Virus record (IMG/VR): IMGVR_UViG_3300032278_000002
Location: 1 to 64,000 of that record
DNA from: a virus
DNA: 64,000 nucleotides
Strand: one strand, 5' to 3'
Shown here piece by piece: positions 50,163 through 59,000 of the stretch; position 1 is the first letter of the stretch; every line of letters starts with the position of its first letter. The notes under the pieces are model-generated. The model did not search any database. It was not told where the DNA came from and worked only from the letters and a program-made list of their open reading frames with translations. The translations under genes and the position numbers were made by a program.

Positions 50163-50371
50163 ACATAGACATCTACTTACACGACCCAAAAGCCCACGAC
50201 TCGTACTACGCTTTGCCGAAATGCATAGATTGCGATGAGGAATTGGACGAAGATCCGCAAGAACTACCGGATCCCGTTCGATGTCCGGATTGTCATGCTA
50301 ATTCGGATAACGTTCTTGATGATACCGAAGAAATAATAGATGCCTTGACGGCTCAAGGTCGGTATCCTTGA
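50159..50371 (+). CDS. Small acidic zinc-ribbon protein
   Basis: CIDC...CPDC; ATG 50159. Confidence 0.65.
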   Translation: MNIDIYLHDPKAHDSYYALPKCIDCDEELDEDPQELPDPVRCPDCHANSDNVLDDTEEIIDALTAQGRYP

Positions 50372-50390
50372 GGTTGCGTTGTGGTTACGC

Positions 50391-50425
50391 GCCCGTCCCT
50401 CTTCGGAGGGGCGGGCTTTTTTTTT
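50391..50425 (+). terminator. Strong intrinsic terminator closing the plus-strand block
   Basis: gcccgtccctc-ttcg-gaggggcgggc plus T9. Confidence 0.92.
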
Positions 50426-50453
50426 GCTTTGATTCCAAAGGAAGCTCCATTGT

Positions 50454-50482
50454 TTGACGAATCATGCCTTCGATGGTAGAAT
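50454..50482 (+). promoter_or_regulatory. Sigma70-type promoter
   Basis: TTGACG (50454) - 17 bp - TAGAAT (50477). Confidence 0.75.
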
Positions 50483-50488
50483 ACTCTT

Positions 50489-50559
50489 TGTCTAGTTTGC
50501 CTTCGCTCTCGCGGCTGTCGCTACGCCAGACTTGCCGGCCGGGAGCGGAGGTTTTTTTT
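50489..50559 (+). ncRNA. Candidate ~70-nt small RNA
   Basis: Follows the promoter; ccttcgctctc-g-cggct pairs with ggccg-ggagcggagg, then T8; no plausible ORF. Confidence 0.55.
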
Positions 50560-50568
50560 GGATTTTTT

Positions 50569-50585
50569 TTGGTGTCCACAGGTCA
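50569..50585 (-). promoter_or_regulatory. TGACCTGTGGACACCAA motif, inverted copy
   Basis: 16/17 match to 32886-32902; its TGA is the stop codon of 50583..51332. Confidence 0.65.
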
Positions 50586-51332
50586 ACACAACAGGAATGC
50601 GACGGCCCACAAATCCTCTACCTCGTTTAGGTTGTGCCGTAAGTAATCGGGCTCCGCATCCCGTGGCTGGTGTGATGCCGCACGGCCTCTGCTCATCTTA
50701 TGGACATATTCTTCTCTAGTTTTGCAAAAATAATGGTTTATCTGCGCCACGTCGTCTGGCCCGTCGGGATTGAAGGGACCACGACCGACATGTAAATTCG
50801 TATCAACCCATTTGAGATTAGAATAATGAGGGTTTCTATACACGGGATTCTTACTTAGCTTGACCATTGTTTTTACGTGCTTATTAACCCCGATACCCCT
50901 TTTCGTGAACCTATCTATAACACTATAATTCCCTTTTGAGACTTCTTTATGCCCGTTGTTTCCGAAGATATGCCAATTCACCGCAATGCTATCGTACTCC
51001 CCATAGCATTGAATGAAATTTTTAATGGAATCGTGTTTCTTTAGGACGAGAAACTCATCGACGTCTATGAAACATGCCCAATCATAATTCCCTTTATTCG
51101 ATTCGATGAAAAGGTTATAAGCCTTCATCTGCGGTCGCTCCAATATGGGCTTATGGGCAGCGGTCTTCCCGTCATGTTCAACCAAATGGACGTTTTCCCC
51201 GATTACCCCCTCAGCTCTCCATTCGTTTTGATAAATCCATATATCGTCAAACCCCAGAGCGGTATGATAATCAACCCATTCTTGGATATAATGGTCTTCG
51301 TTTTTGGCTATACATACCAAAGCTAATTTCAT
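50583..51332 (-). CDS. GT-A glycosyltransferase (GT92/GT2-like)
   Basis: CIAKNEDHYIQEWVDYH, FIDVDEFL, INHY. Confidence 0.88.
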   Translation of the reverse strand: MKLALVCIAKNEDHYIQEWVDYHTALGFDDIWIYQNEWRAEGVIGENVHLVEHDGKTAAHKPILERPQMKAYNLFIESNKGNYDWACFIDVDEFLVLKKHDSIKNFIQCYGEYDSIAVNWHIFGNNGHKEVSKGNYSVIDRFTKRGIGVNKHVKTMVKLSKNPVYRNPHYSNLKWVDTNLHVGRGPFNPDGPDDVAQINHYFCKTREEYVHKMSRGRAASHQPRDAEPDYLRHNLNEVEDLWAVAFLLC

Positions 51333-52012
51333 AGTTCCTCCATGTCCGGATAAAGGTCTAATATATGTGGGTCATTAACTAGTTGTTGTTTTTGGATTTC
51401 ACTTAAATCAATTTTTGAAATATCATTATTTGATACAAAGGGTTGGTTAATTTGCCAAGTTCTCAATTCCTCGTGGTCTTTATCCTTGGGTTTTTTAACT
51501 GGTAGTTTAACACCGGAGTGAGAAACATTCGTATATTTGGTATTATCAAATATAGTATCATCATAGTTTAGACCAATATCGTCTAGTATTATTTTTAATG
51601 CTTGATGCTCATTTTTAAAGAGGTCTTCATATTTAATAGTATATATATCTTTTTCCGGATTATCTCTATAATTGATAAACCGTTTTACGATACTAATATA
51701 TTTTGCAATTGTGGGCCGGACCCGCTGGTGCCGAGGGATGGCATTCGCAAATCGTTTATTTATTGATGAAAAAACAAATAGTGGATTACGAATAATAAAT
51801 ATTTTTATATAATCTTCGTAGTCTTCACCAAAAAATTTAAGGTCCGCTCGTGGATATTTACACATTAAATACGGCTTATCCGTACTCTTGCTATACAAGA
51901 TTGCCTTGGTTCTTTCATCGTCAATTTCTTCAACGTCTTCTATATGCCCTATTATTGATTTCAAAATAGTGGTTCCACAATGGGGAAATCCGGTGATTAT
52001 GATTTTTTGCAT
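51329..52012 (-). CDS. Sulfotransferase-fold protein
   Basis: ITGFPHCGTT (5'-PSB loop), IIRNP...SS, IKYEDL. Confidence 0.82.
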   Translation of the reverse strand: MQKIIITGFPHCGTTILKSIIGHIEDVEEIDDERTKAILYSKSTDKPYLMCKYPRADLKFFGEDYEDYIKIFIIRNPLFVFSSINKRFANAIPRHQRVRPTIAKYISIVKRFINYRDNPEKDIYTIKYEDLFKNEHQALKIILDDIGLNYDDTIFDNTKYTNVSHSGVKLPVKKPKDKDHEELRTWQINQPFVSNNDISKIDLSEIQKQQLVNDPHILDLYPDMEEL

Positions 52013-52722
52013 AATCTCCTTAGTCGGTCTGTCTCTGGGATTAGTTTACTAAAGAGTCGGCGAGTGGCTGGCCCCAGCCAAGGTTTGTGCAATCCGAACG
52101 GGATGTCCTCGTCAACATATCCATGGTCCCAAGAAAAACGCTTACTATCCCGACCAAGGTCCGGGTGGTGCATGAATGCTCTACTATAAAACCTATCTTC
52201 GGGCTCTATCCCGCCACTTTTGAGTTTTAGATTGAGTTTCAGAGTAGGTTTCGGAACGTCGAGCATCGCCTTTTTCCGCCTAAGAGACAAGCCCCCGTTC
52301 ATAAAGGGGGGTTCCCCGGCGCGAGCGAGATTTCCATTCTTAGTTCCCGCCGCCGGAACCCCTCCGATATAATCATAATGCTCGAAATCCGATATTTTAT
52401 ACTTTGAATCCTTACATAGCATCGTATCCGTCTGGAACATAAGAATCAAATCCCCGTGGCATTTCTCCCAAAAGTCATTACTAAGGAGGAGAATACTATA
52501 ATCGTGCATGGTGCGCGTGTAGGGCACATCGGGTATTTTGTCCCAATGAATCTTCCTGCCATGACGAATAGGGAGGTCGCGCACCAACTGTCGACGGACG
52601 TAGTCATCCGTATGGAAAATCTGGAACTCCCACTCCTTCGGGAGTATTGACATGAAGTTGTCCACAACGAACCCAAGGGCGGGATGCACCCGCGTTTCAA
52701 CGATTGTTGCGACTTTTCTCAT
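51997..52722 (-). CDS. DUF5672 family putative glycosyltransferase
   Basis: ILMFQTD, YDYIG, NGGLSLRRK, EDRFYS, PFGLHKPW. Confidence 0.82.
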   Translation of the reverse strand: MRKVATIVETRVHPALGFVVDNFMSILPKEWEFQIFHTDDYVRRQLVRDLPIRHGRKIHWDKIPDVPYTRTMHDYSILLLSNDFWEKCHGDLILMFQTDTMLCKDSKYKISDFEHYDYIGGVPAAGTKNGNLARAGEPPFMNGGLSLRRKKAMLDVPKPTLKLNLKLKSGGIEPEDRFYSRAFMHHPDLGRDSKRFSWDHGYVDEDIPFGLHKPWLGPATRRLFSKLIPETDRLRRLCKKS

Positions 52723-53555
52723 AACGAGTTGAGGAATTGTATGTATTTTTTTGGAGATTGCCCAGCGAAGTTATTGATGCATAGGAAGGGTGTGTTTCTT
52801 TTCCTTTTGTATTCGTTTTCCATCAAGTCGTGATACCCGAGATACTCTGTCATGCGGTACCCCCTCCCATCGTTTATGATTTGAGTAAAGTGGTCGCTTG
52901 CAAGCGAATGGATTGCGTCAGTTCCCCCCAACCAATTCTTCCCCCTAACCACATCCGAACACGCTGTATGGATGAGCTGCGGATAATTCCTCCTCATCTC
53001 GCGGCACGCGGATTGACTTAGAATGTGGGGCATATGGGAGTTAAAGAACTCCCAACCCGGATTGGCCCCAAGTAGGAGGGACTGCATTTGACCCCAACTA
53101 CCCTTACCAATTTTCTTTTTATGGGGGAACCCGTAACAAGCGAGCTTCCCCTCGGCTTGGAAGACGTCGGGTTCGATGTCCTTGGTTAGGAAAATATCAT
53201 CATCCCAAGATATGAACGTCTCCGAGAGGTTGGGGATAAGGTCTTGGTAAAGTTGCAGGGGGTCACTATTAAACGTTGGATAATACTCTTCCGGTAGGTA
53301 GTCCCGAACATCCACGATTTCACAAGGCAACCCGGGGATGTCTTGGTCATCCGTGACCACTATCTTCCTTCCCTTGTGCCAAGGCATGTATTTGTAGCAA
53401 CTTGCTACGGAGCTTTGCAATTCGTTGGCTACCGTGGAGTATCGGTCCACGTTCGGCTTACGCCCAGTGGCTTCGGTGAACCTCTTAGCCCACTTGGGGT
53501 CACTCATGTCCACGGTAACCCACACGCAGTCTGCGGATATGATGTCCTCAATCAT
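52719..53555 (-). CDS. Stealth-family sugar-1-phosphate transferase
   Basis: DCVWVTVD (CR1-like); EL...YMPW...PTFNS...IPNLSETFISWDDDIFL (CR2); FLCINN (CR4-like). Confidence 0.8.
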   Translation of the reverse strand: MIEDIISADCVWVTVDMSDPKWAKRFTEATGRKPNVDRYSTVANELQSSVASCYKYMPWHKGRKIVVTDDQDIPGLPCEIVDVRDYLPEEYYPTFNSDPLQLYQDLIPNLSETFISWDDDIFLTKDIEPDVFQAEGKLACYGFPHKKKIGKGSWGQMQSLLLGANPGWEFFNSHMPHILSQSACREMRRNYPQLIHTACSDVVRGKNWLGGTDAIHSLASDHFTQIINDGRGYRMTEYLGYHDLMENEYKRKRNTPFLCINNFAGQSPKKYIQFLNSL

Positions 53556-54357
53556 TTACATTTCGAACCCCCTCTACGAATTTAAATATATCCAAATGGT
53601 AATGCGCCAAGTAGTACAGGACACGGTTCATCATTTCCCGGTACACTTTTTCCAACCCCGGGTCTGCGTTCACGAACATGTGGTTAGTTAAGTGAGCGTG
53701 AAATGAAATCACCTTCATGGGCTCTGGTGCCATTATACTGCCGTCTTTTAGTTTGAATCGCCAAAAACCTAGGTTGTGGGAAGGGGAGAATCTCCCTATG
53801 TCAAACTCCTCGTGGAAATGAATCATGCCTTGTTGTTCGTAAAAATTGGATCGGTCGCGGTAGATTTCCCGCCAAAAGTCAGGTAAGCCTAAATCCGCGC
53901 AAAATAAGTAACCCGCGTTGTAGTAGCCATATACTTTCCGGTTTTTCTCAGGCTCGTTCCCGTGGTAATGGGGGGACAGCATGACGGGGTGGGTCAACTT
54001 CGTGTCCAAGGGGGCCACTGACACGATGTCGGCATCTAAAAACAGGGTGTTGCCATACGTCAAAATAGCCCGCTCCAATGCGTCCATTTTCTTGGCGATG
54101 CAATCCACTCGGTGGTACTTGTTCCTTTCCTTCACGCCTTCATATTCCTCGGCTGCCGCCAACAAATCCGGAGGATCGGCATCCACGTCGAAAACGATGT
54201 CGGGGAAATTGAATGGAGCTATGAAATCCTCGGTAACACCGTCGCAAAGGAGGTAGATCGGCTGATCATGAAATTTGCGAAGAGAGAACAGTAGAATGGC
54301 CGCTTCTTCTTTCATTTCCTCCGTGGCCACTAAGGAAAAGGACTCCAGCGTATACAT
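53548..54357 (-). CDS. GT-A glycosyltransferase (GT8-like)
   Basis: LLFSLRKFH, LFLDADI, YNAGY, YEQQ. Confidence 0.75.
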   Translation of the reverse strand: MYTLESFSLVATEEMKEEAAILLFSLRKFHDQPIYLLCDGVTEDFIAPFNFPDIVFDVDADPPDLLAAAEEYEGVKERNKYHRVDCIAKKMDALERAILTYGNTLFLDADIVSVAPLDTKLTHPVMLSPHYHGNEPEKNRKVYGYYNAGYLFCADLGLPDFWREIYRDRSNFYEQQGMIHFHEEFDIGRFSPSHNLGFWRFKLKDGSIMAPEPMKVISFHAHLTNHMFVNADPGLEKVYREMMNRVLYYLAHYHLDIFKFVEGVRNVND

Positions 54358-54387
54358 GGGATTACTATCCTCGAGCAGTTGCCACGG

Positions 54388-54813
54388 TCAACGAAAAAAG
54401 TCCCAATCCTCCCGGAACTGTTCGTAGTATCCTTTGGAGCCGCCTTCGGTGGTCGGATACAACCAAACCGAGCATGACTTGATCTTGAGGCAAGGGACTA
54501 GATACCACGTATCCACAGGTTCGATGTATGCGGCCAACACGTCTACTTTTGAACAATCCAAAGGCACCTTGGCTTTGCTACCCCTTGCACGACCAGCGGT
54601 TATGCGGTATCGAGGGTTACTGCGTTGTTCGGCTTTTGCGTTGGCGGTACCCTTGACCTGCACTCTGAAAGCAGTGCCGGCCGCATTGCTTACCATTATG
54701 TCATGGGGTAGGAAATCTCCTATCGTGAGGTGAGGTTCAAACCCCTCCCTCAAAGCACGTACTATGAATATTTGTTCATATATCGTCCCCGCTCTCTTGG
54801 TCTCCGATGTCAT
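54388..54813 (-). CDS. PD-(D/E)XK endonuclease
   Basis: GTIYE, PHDIMV, RVQVKGT, WYLVP; ATG 54813. Confidence 0.8.
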   Translation of the reverse strand: MTSETKRAGTIYEQIFIVRALREGFEPHLTIGDFLPHDIMVSNAAGTAFRVQVKGTANAKAEQRSNPRYRITAGRARGSKAKVPLDCSKVDVLAAYIEPVDTWYLVPCLKIKSCSVWLYPTTEGGSKGYYEQFREDWDFFR

Positions 54814-54994
54814 CAAATATATTTGGGTCAGCTTCAAAAGTTATATCGCCATCTTCTTCTCCTTCGCAGCGAAAAGCGTTCAGAGCCTCCACTGCAGCTA
54901 ATATCAACTCGTCGTCCTCCAGATCGGACTCTTGTTTCCATCGCCCTATCAAATTCCTGAACTCGTGCTTGAATTGCTTAGTGGCGAATTTCAT
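54776..54994 (-). CDS. Small acidic hypothetical protein
   Basis: ATGA overlap with upstream gene. Confidence 0.6.
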   Translation of the reverse strand: MKFATKQFKHEFRNLIGRWKQESDLEDDELILAAVEALNAFRCEGEEDGDITFEADPNIFDDIGDQESGDDI

Positions 54995-55245
54995 TTTCCC
55001 GCTCCCAACTTTCCAAGCCTGTCATAGAGTTTGATACAGTCCTCTCGCCTGTCTTCCATTAATTTATGGGCCACCGCCCATCGTTCGCAATCCCGTACGT
55101 CGTTCTTGGCCAAAAGCATCTCCAAAGTCCCTATCCTTTTACTCATGTCCTCGGTTTTACGAGCTTCCTTTTTAAGGAAGAAACCGAGAACGCTGATAGC
55201 AACCCCCACTCCCAAGAACACGTATGAGGAAAACCCATCCATCAT
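54991..55245 (-). CDS. Single-TM coiled-coil protein (holin/antiholin-like)
   Basis: MMDGFSSYVFLGVGVAISVLGFFLKK; ATG 55245 in ATGA overlap. Confidence 0.6.
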   Translation of the reverse strand: MMDGFSSYVFLGVGVAISVLGFFLKKEARKTEDMSKRIGTLEMLLAKNDVRDCERWAVAHKLMEDRREDCIKLYDRLGKLGAGK

Positions 55246-55409
55246 TTGTTTTTCCACATTCGGATTAACGACCAAGACATGAACGTAATTGTAAGTATGC
55301 CAGACGCAAAAGCAAGGTACGGGTTGATTTGAGTGAGCCACCAAGTAGCACCGGACCCCGTGGCCCCCAAAGCTCCTATGCCAGCGATTCCACTAATCGT
55401 GTCGTTCAT
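55242..55409 (-). CDS. 55-aa membrane protein, holin candidate
   Basis: Not in ORF track: MNDTISGIAGIGALGATGSGATWWLTQINPYLAFASGILTITFMSWSLIRMWKNK; ATGA overlaps at both ends. Confidence 0.65.
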   Translation of the reverse strand: MNDTISGIAGIGALGATGSGATWWLTQINPYLAFASGILTITFMSWSLIRMWKNK

Positions 55410-55525
55410 TGCTTAAGTCCCTCTATGATCAAGAACAGCACGGCTGCCGTCCCCATTACAACTAAAGCTTTCCCACGTCTGGAAAGGCCATTGAACCAAT
55501 TAACCACTACTTTTATCTTTTCCAT
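55406..55525 (-). CDS. 39-aa membrane peptide
   Basis: Not in ORF track: MEKIKVVVNWFNGLSRRGKALVVMGTAAVLFLIIEGLKQ; GGAGG upstream. Confidence 0.6.
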   Translation of the reverse strand: MEKIKVVVNWFNGLSRRGKALVVMGTAAVLFLIIEGLKQ

Positions 55526-55952
55526 TTAAGTCCTCCACATGTTTTTTAACTTGTTTCTTTACGTGCCACCGGGCCCAAACTATTGGTAGCACGAACCACC
55601 CTGCGCAGGCTATGCCCAGTAGCCACAATATTCGGTAGATGCCGTCAATTACTTTGTCGAAAGTGCCTTTCTGTTCCCCCGCCCGTAGTTCAATCATCTT
55701 CTTCACGTCGCCTTCGGATATCGCTTTGATGACTTCCTTGGTCTCTTCCTTCGCCTCCCGCACGTCCCCTTCTCCTTTTGCGATCTGACCGATCGCCGCA
55801 CCAGCTCCCGACCCCACGGCAGCCCCGGCGATTCCCAGAGGACTCCCCGCTGCGCCTCCTACCACGGCGCCCATGGTGGGATAAAATGTTCGCAATGAAC
55901 ATCCGCTCAGTCCGAGGAGGGCGACGATTCCGATGGTTTTGAGAGAGCGCAT
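55500..55952 (-). CDS. Lipoprotein with glycine zipper and C-terminal TM helix
   Basis: Lipobox LSGC; GAVVGGAAG...GAGAAIG; ILWLLGIACAGWFVLPIVW. Confidence 0.75.
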   Translation of the reverse strand: MRSLKTIGIVALLGLSGCSLRTFYPTMGAVVGGAAGSPLGIAGAAVGSGAGAAIGQIAKGEGDVREAKEETKEVIKAISEGDVKKMIELRAGEQKGTFDKVIDGIYRILWLLGIACAGWFVLPIVWARWHVKKQVKKHVEDLNGKDKSSG

Positions 55953-56068
55953 TGTTTTAGTATATTTGCGATAAGGAGATGTACCTCTGCATAGGGGCGA
56001 GTGGTCAAGATACTTAGGATAACATTAACCTCTTCTTCGGTAAGGCTCAACTGGTATTTTTCTAACAT
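55907..56068 (-). CDS. Small phage protein
   Basis: MLEKYQLSLTEEEVNVILSILTTRPYAEV; ATG 56068. Confidence 0.65.
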   Translation of the reverse strand: MLEKYQLSLTEEEVNVILSILTTRPYAEVHLLIANILKQCALSKPSESSPSSD

Positions 56069-59000
56069 TCCGATATATGTATTCTGTCTAGGTAATAAGC
56101 ATAAGGAGAGGGTGAGCTGGGGGCATCCGAATACGATCTCACGTATATGGTGTAGGTTCCCGAAACAGGCACAGTGATAAGGGGCCACTCGTCGTCCGCC
56201 ATGGTGACCGGAGTGCCGTCAATGGTCCCTACGTTCGAAGACCAACTCGCCCCCGAGGCCAAGGTAAAGGCCGAATCATCCGAAAGGGTTCCGGAAATGT
56301 CCGTGTTGGCATACACCGTAGCATCTCCCACGAACTGTATTTCGTAAGTCTTTGTCTGATCCAAGTAAACGTCTTGTTGAGCTATGATGGGATCGTAATC
56401 CGGAGGTATGGTGCCGGAGTTCCCCCACCCACCTGTTGCAAACTTACCATCAGCCATGTCAAGGTGGTCCAAGGAAACGGTGTTATCTACGGTCCATCCC
56501 GCGAACGCTCCACTGGTTTCCATGAATTCCCCGTTCGTCAACACGTTGCTGGTAAAGTCCATGACATGGAACGAGTTGGCTGAGTTTCCAATGCCGGGCT
56601 GAATAGGTTCCCCCGACAGCGGTGTTCTACCATTCCGCCGAGCGGCTATGGTGAACGAATGGTCCGTCACGTCCTTGATGGGGTACACACCCGTAACTAT
56701 TTCTGCTACGTTTTGCACCAAGATCCAAGCCCCTTCCCTATATTGAGGGAAATTGGACAAGTTCTCTATGGTAACGATGATTGCATCGCACTCCGAGAAC
56801 GCCAAGTAATCCAAATACACGCACGTGTGGTGTTGAGCGGTGAACTCCAGACAACCTAGAGTCGCCACGCTGGCGCCCCCTGTCCCGGTAACGGTGAAAG
56901 CATCCTCGGGGACTGCCGTAGTCCCATCACATTCAATTGGAGGAGGCGTCCCGGGGTCCGGTGGGTCGGGGGGATCCACGGGGGGATCTATTAACTCCTC
57001 TTCCGCACAGTCCACGCCGGGAGTACAATCGCCGTCGTTTAGCTCATAGCAGCAGGAGCCGTCCCACACCCAGCCGGGCGGGCATGGCTGGTCTACGCAG
57101 ACAGGGTCTTCGTCCTCATCTTCGCCGACAGGTGTTGGGATCGGCGGCTCGGGAGGACTCCCCACCGGGTCTCCCATGACAGTACAGGAAGCCGGGCATT
57201 CCCACAAATCGTTATCAGGCTGTCCCCCGGCAGTTATCAAGGAATTTTGATAAATTTCACCAATTCCTACGATTCGACTCAATTCTTCAATGGCAACTAC
57301 GCCGGCTTCCAAACTACCTGCGTCACAATTCAAGGTGAATATCCCGTGAGTGGCGCTTTCGCAGTCCCCATGATCCCACAAACCGCTGTCGCAATCCACT
57401 CGGGTGGGATGTTCATCCGTTTCGGCACCCGTTGGGGAAGCCATCGGCGGATCCCAATCGTCCAACCAACTCGCGCCGAAGGACCAAGGGTGGAATACTT
57501 CGGTATCTTGAAAATCCCATATATCCAAGGAGACCCACTCATCCCCATTCACCAAGAAGTTGGTGGGTCCATAGGTACGGTCGGCGTCGGAAGAGGCCCC
57601 TTTTTCAAAACCAAAGGACTGGATGGTACCTGATTTTTGGGACATCACCCACCCGTTGGCAGTTAGCGTTTCCGCCGCGTAATACACGGTTTGACCCGCT
57701 GCGGAGGCGCCGTTGTACGTTACATCCCAGACACCGTCGGATTTGATCCATTTCCAACCATCCATTCCCGGTACGTCCGAACCGGATTCCGTACTCTCCT
57801 CGCAAGCGTCCTCGGTGCAGGATCCCTTAAAAACAGCGTTCGACCCTCGCTCCGCTCCGGGGTGCGCAGTGGTGAAGTCGTTCCAGAAGGTCTTGAACTC
57901 GGCGAAGGTTATGGTCCCGGATTCATACTCCGCCCATTTTACAGCGGCCCAGCTTGGAAGGTACGGCAGGGTCGCTCCGTACAGGGGAACGTCGGTAGTG
58001 CTCCCGTTATTCAGCATCATTTCCATTAACCCAACCCAATCCGAGTACGGATTCAGCGATCCGGCGGCGAAATGGGTGTCGAAAGGGCCCACTAATTCAA
58101 CCGAGTATGAGAGTCCGTCGCTATCCGTGGGTATGAATACTTGCCCTTCCCCATTGGAACACCATGGCTCGAGATCGCCGTTGGCATCGCGCATCGAGCA
58201 CCCGAGGCCGGCGTAACTAAAACGTCGATGTCCCCAAGAAGCCACGCATTCGTTGTCGTTTTCAGGGTCCACCGCCCCGTCAACATCTTCCTTCAACCGG
58301 ACCGACCAATAACAACCTTCAATTGCCACCATGTTGTCGGCACCCTCTAAAATGAGCTCTTTTTTAGAGGATTCCGCGATAGTTGTGGCGCACACTCGGT
58401 AATCCACCAAAGTCCATTCCCCGGGGAGACCGGGAAGTCTTACGCAAGTACCGGGGTCGTACCGGCAACCGTCGTATTCCAAGGGGTGAAGGCATCTCCT
58501 TATGGTATTGCAGGGGAGCCCGAGCGACGCGGCTTGCGCCGTGGTTTGCACGCAAAGATCCACCAACTCGTCGATGGTATCCCACGTCTGCCCGTTCGCA
58601 GTGGGTTCGGGGATGATTACGCCCGCGGGTATCGCAGTTTCCACTACCCAGTAAGTAATGCGGCCGCAATCGTCGGGGTGCGAGACCTCGTCGGGATCTC
58701 CTGTAACGAAATACACGACTTGCCCCTCCGGCAGCCCCCCTGAGGGAACGGTATATCCATCGTTTAAAGGGACGGGCCAAACGTTTTCGCCGGGATATGG
58801 AATTATGGGCACATACGTAAGATCGTCGTCATCCGGATCGGGGTTGTCGCAGTCACAAACGTCGGTTTGAAGTACAAACTTCACATGCCCCGCACCCATC
58901 GGCCGGTGGCTGGCTCCGCCCCCACCCACACTTCCGCCAAACTGGGCGGGCGCGCGATAACAGCTTCCGCGGCGTCCTTCGGGCCAAGCATTTTCGATTC

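Noticed and set aside
50385-50646. Short ORFs 50385..50579 (-) and 50464..50646 (+)
   Set aside because: They cross terminators and homopolymer tracts; the region is better explained as promoter, sRNA and terminators
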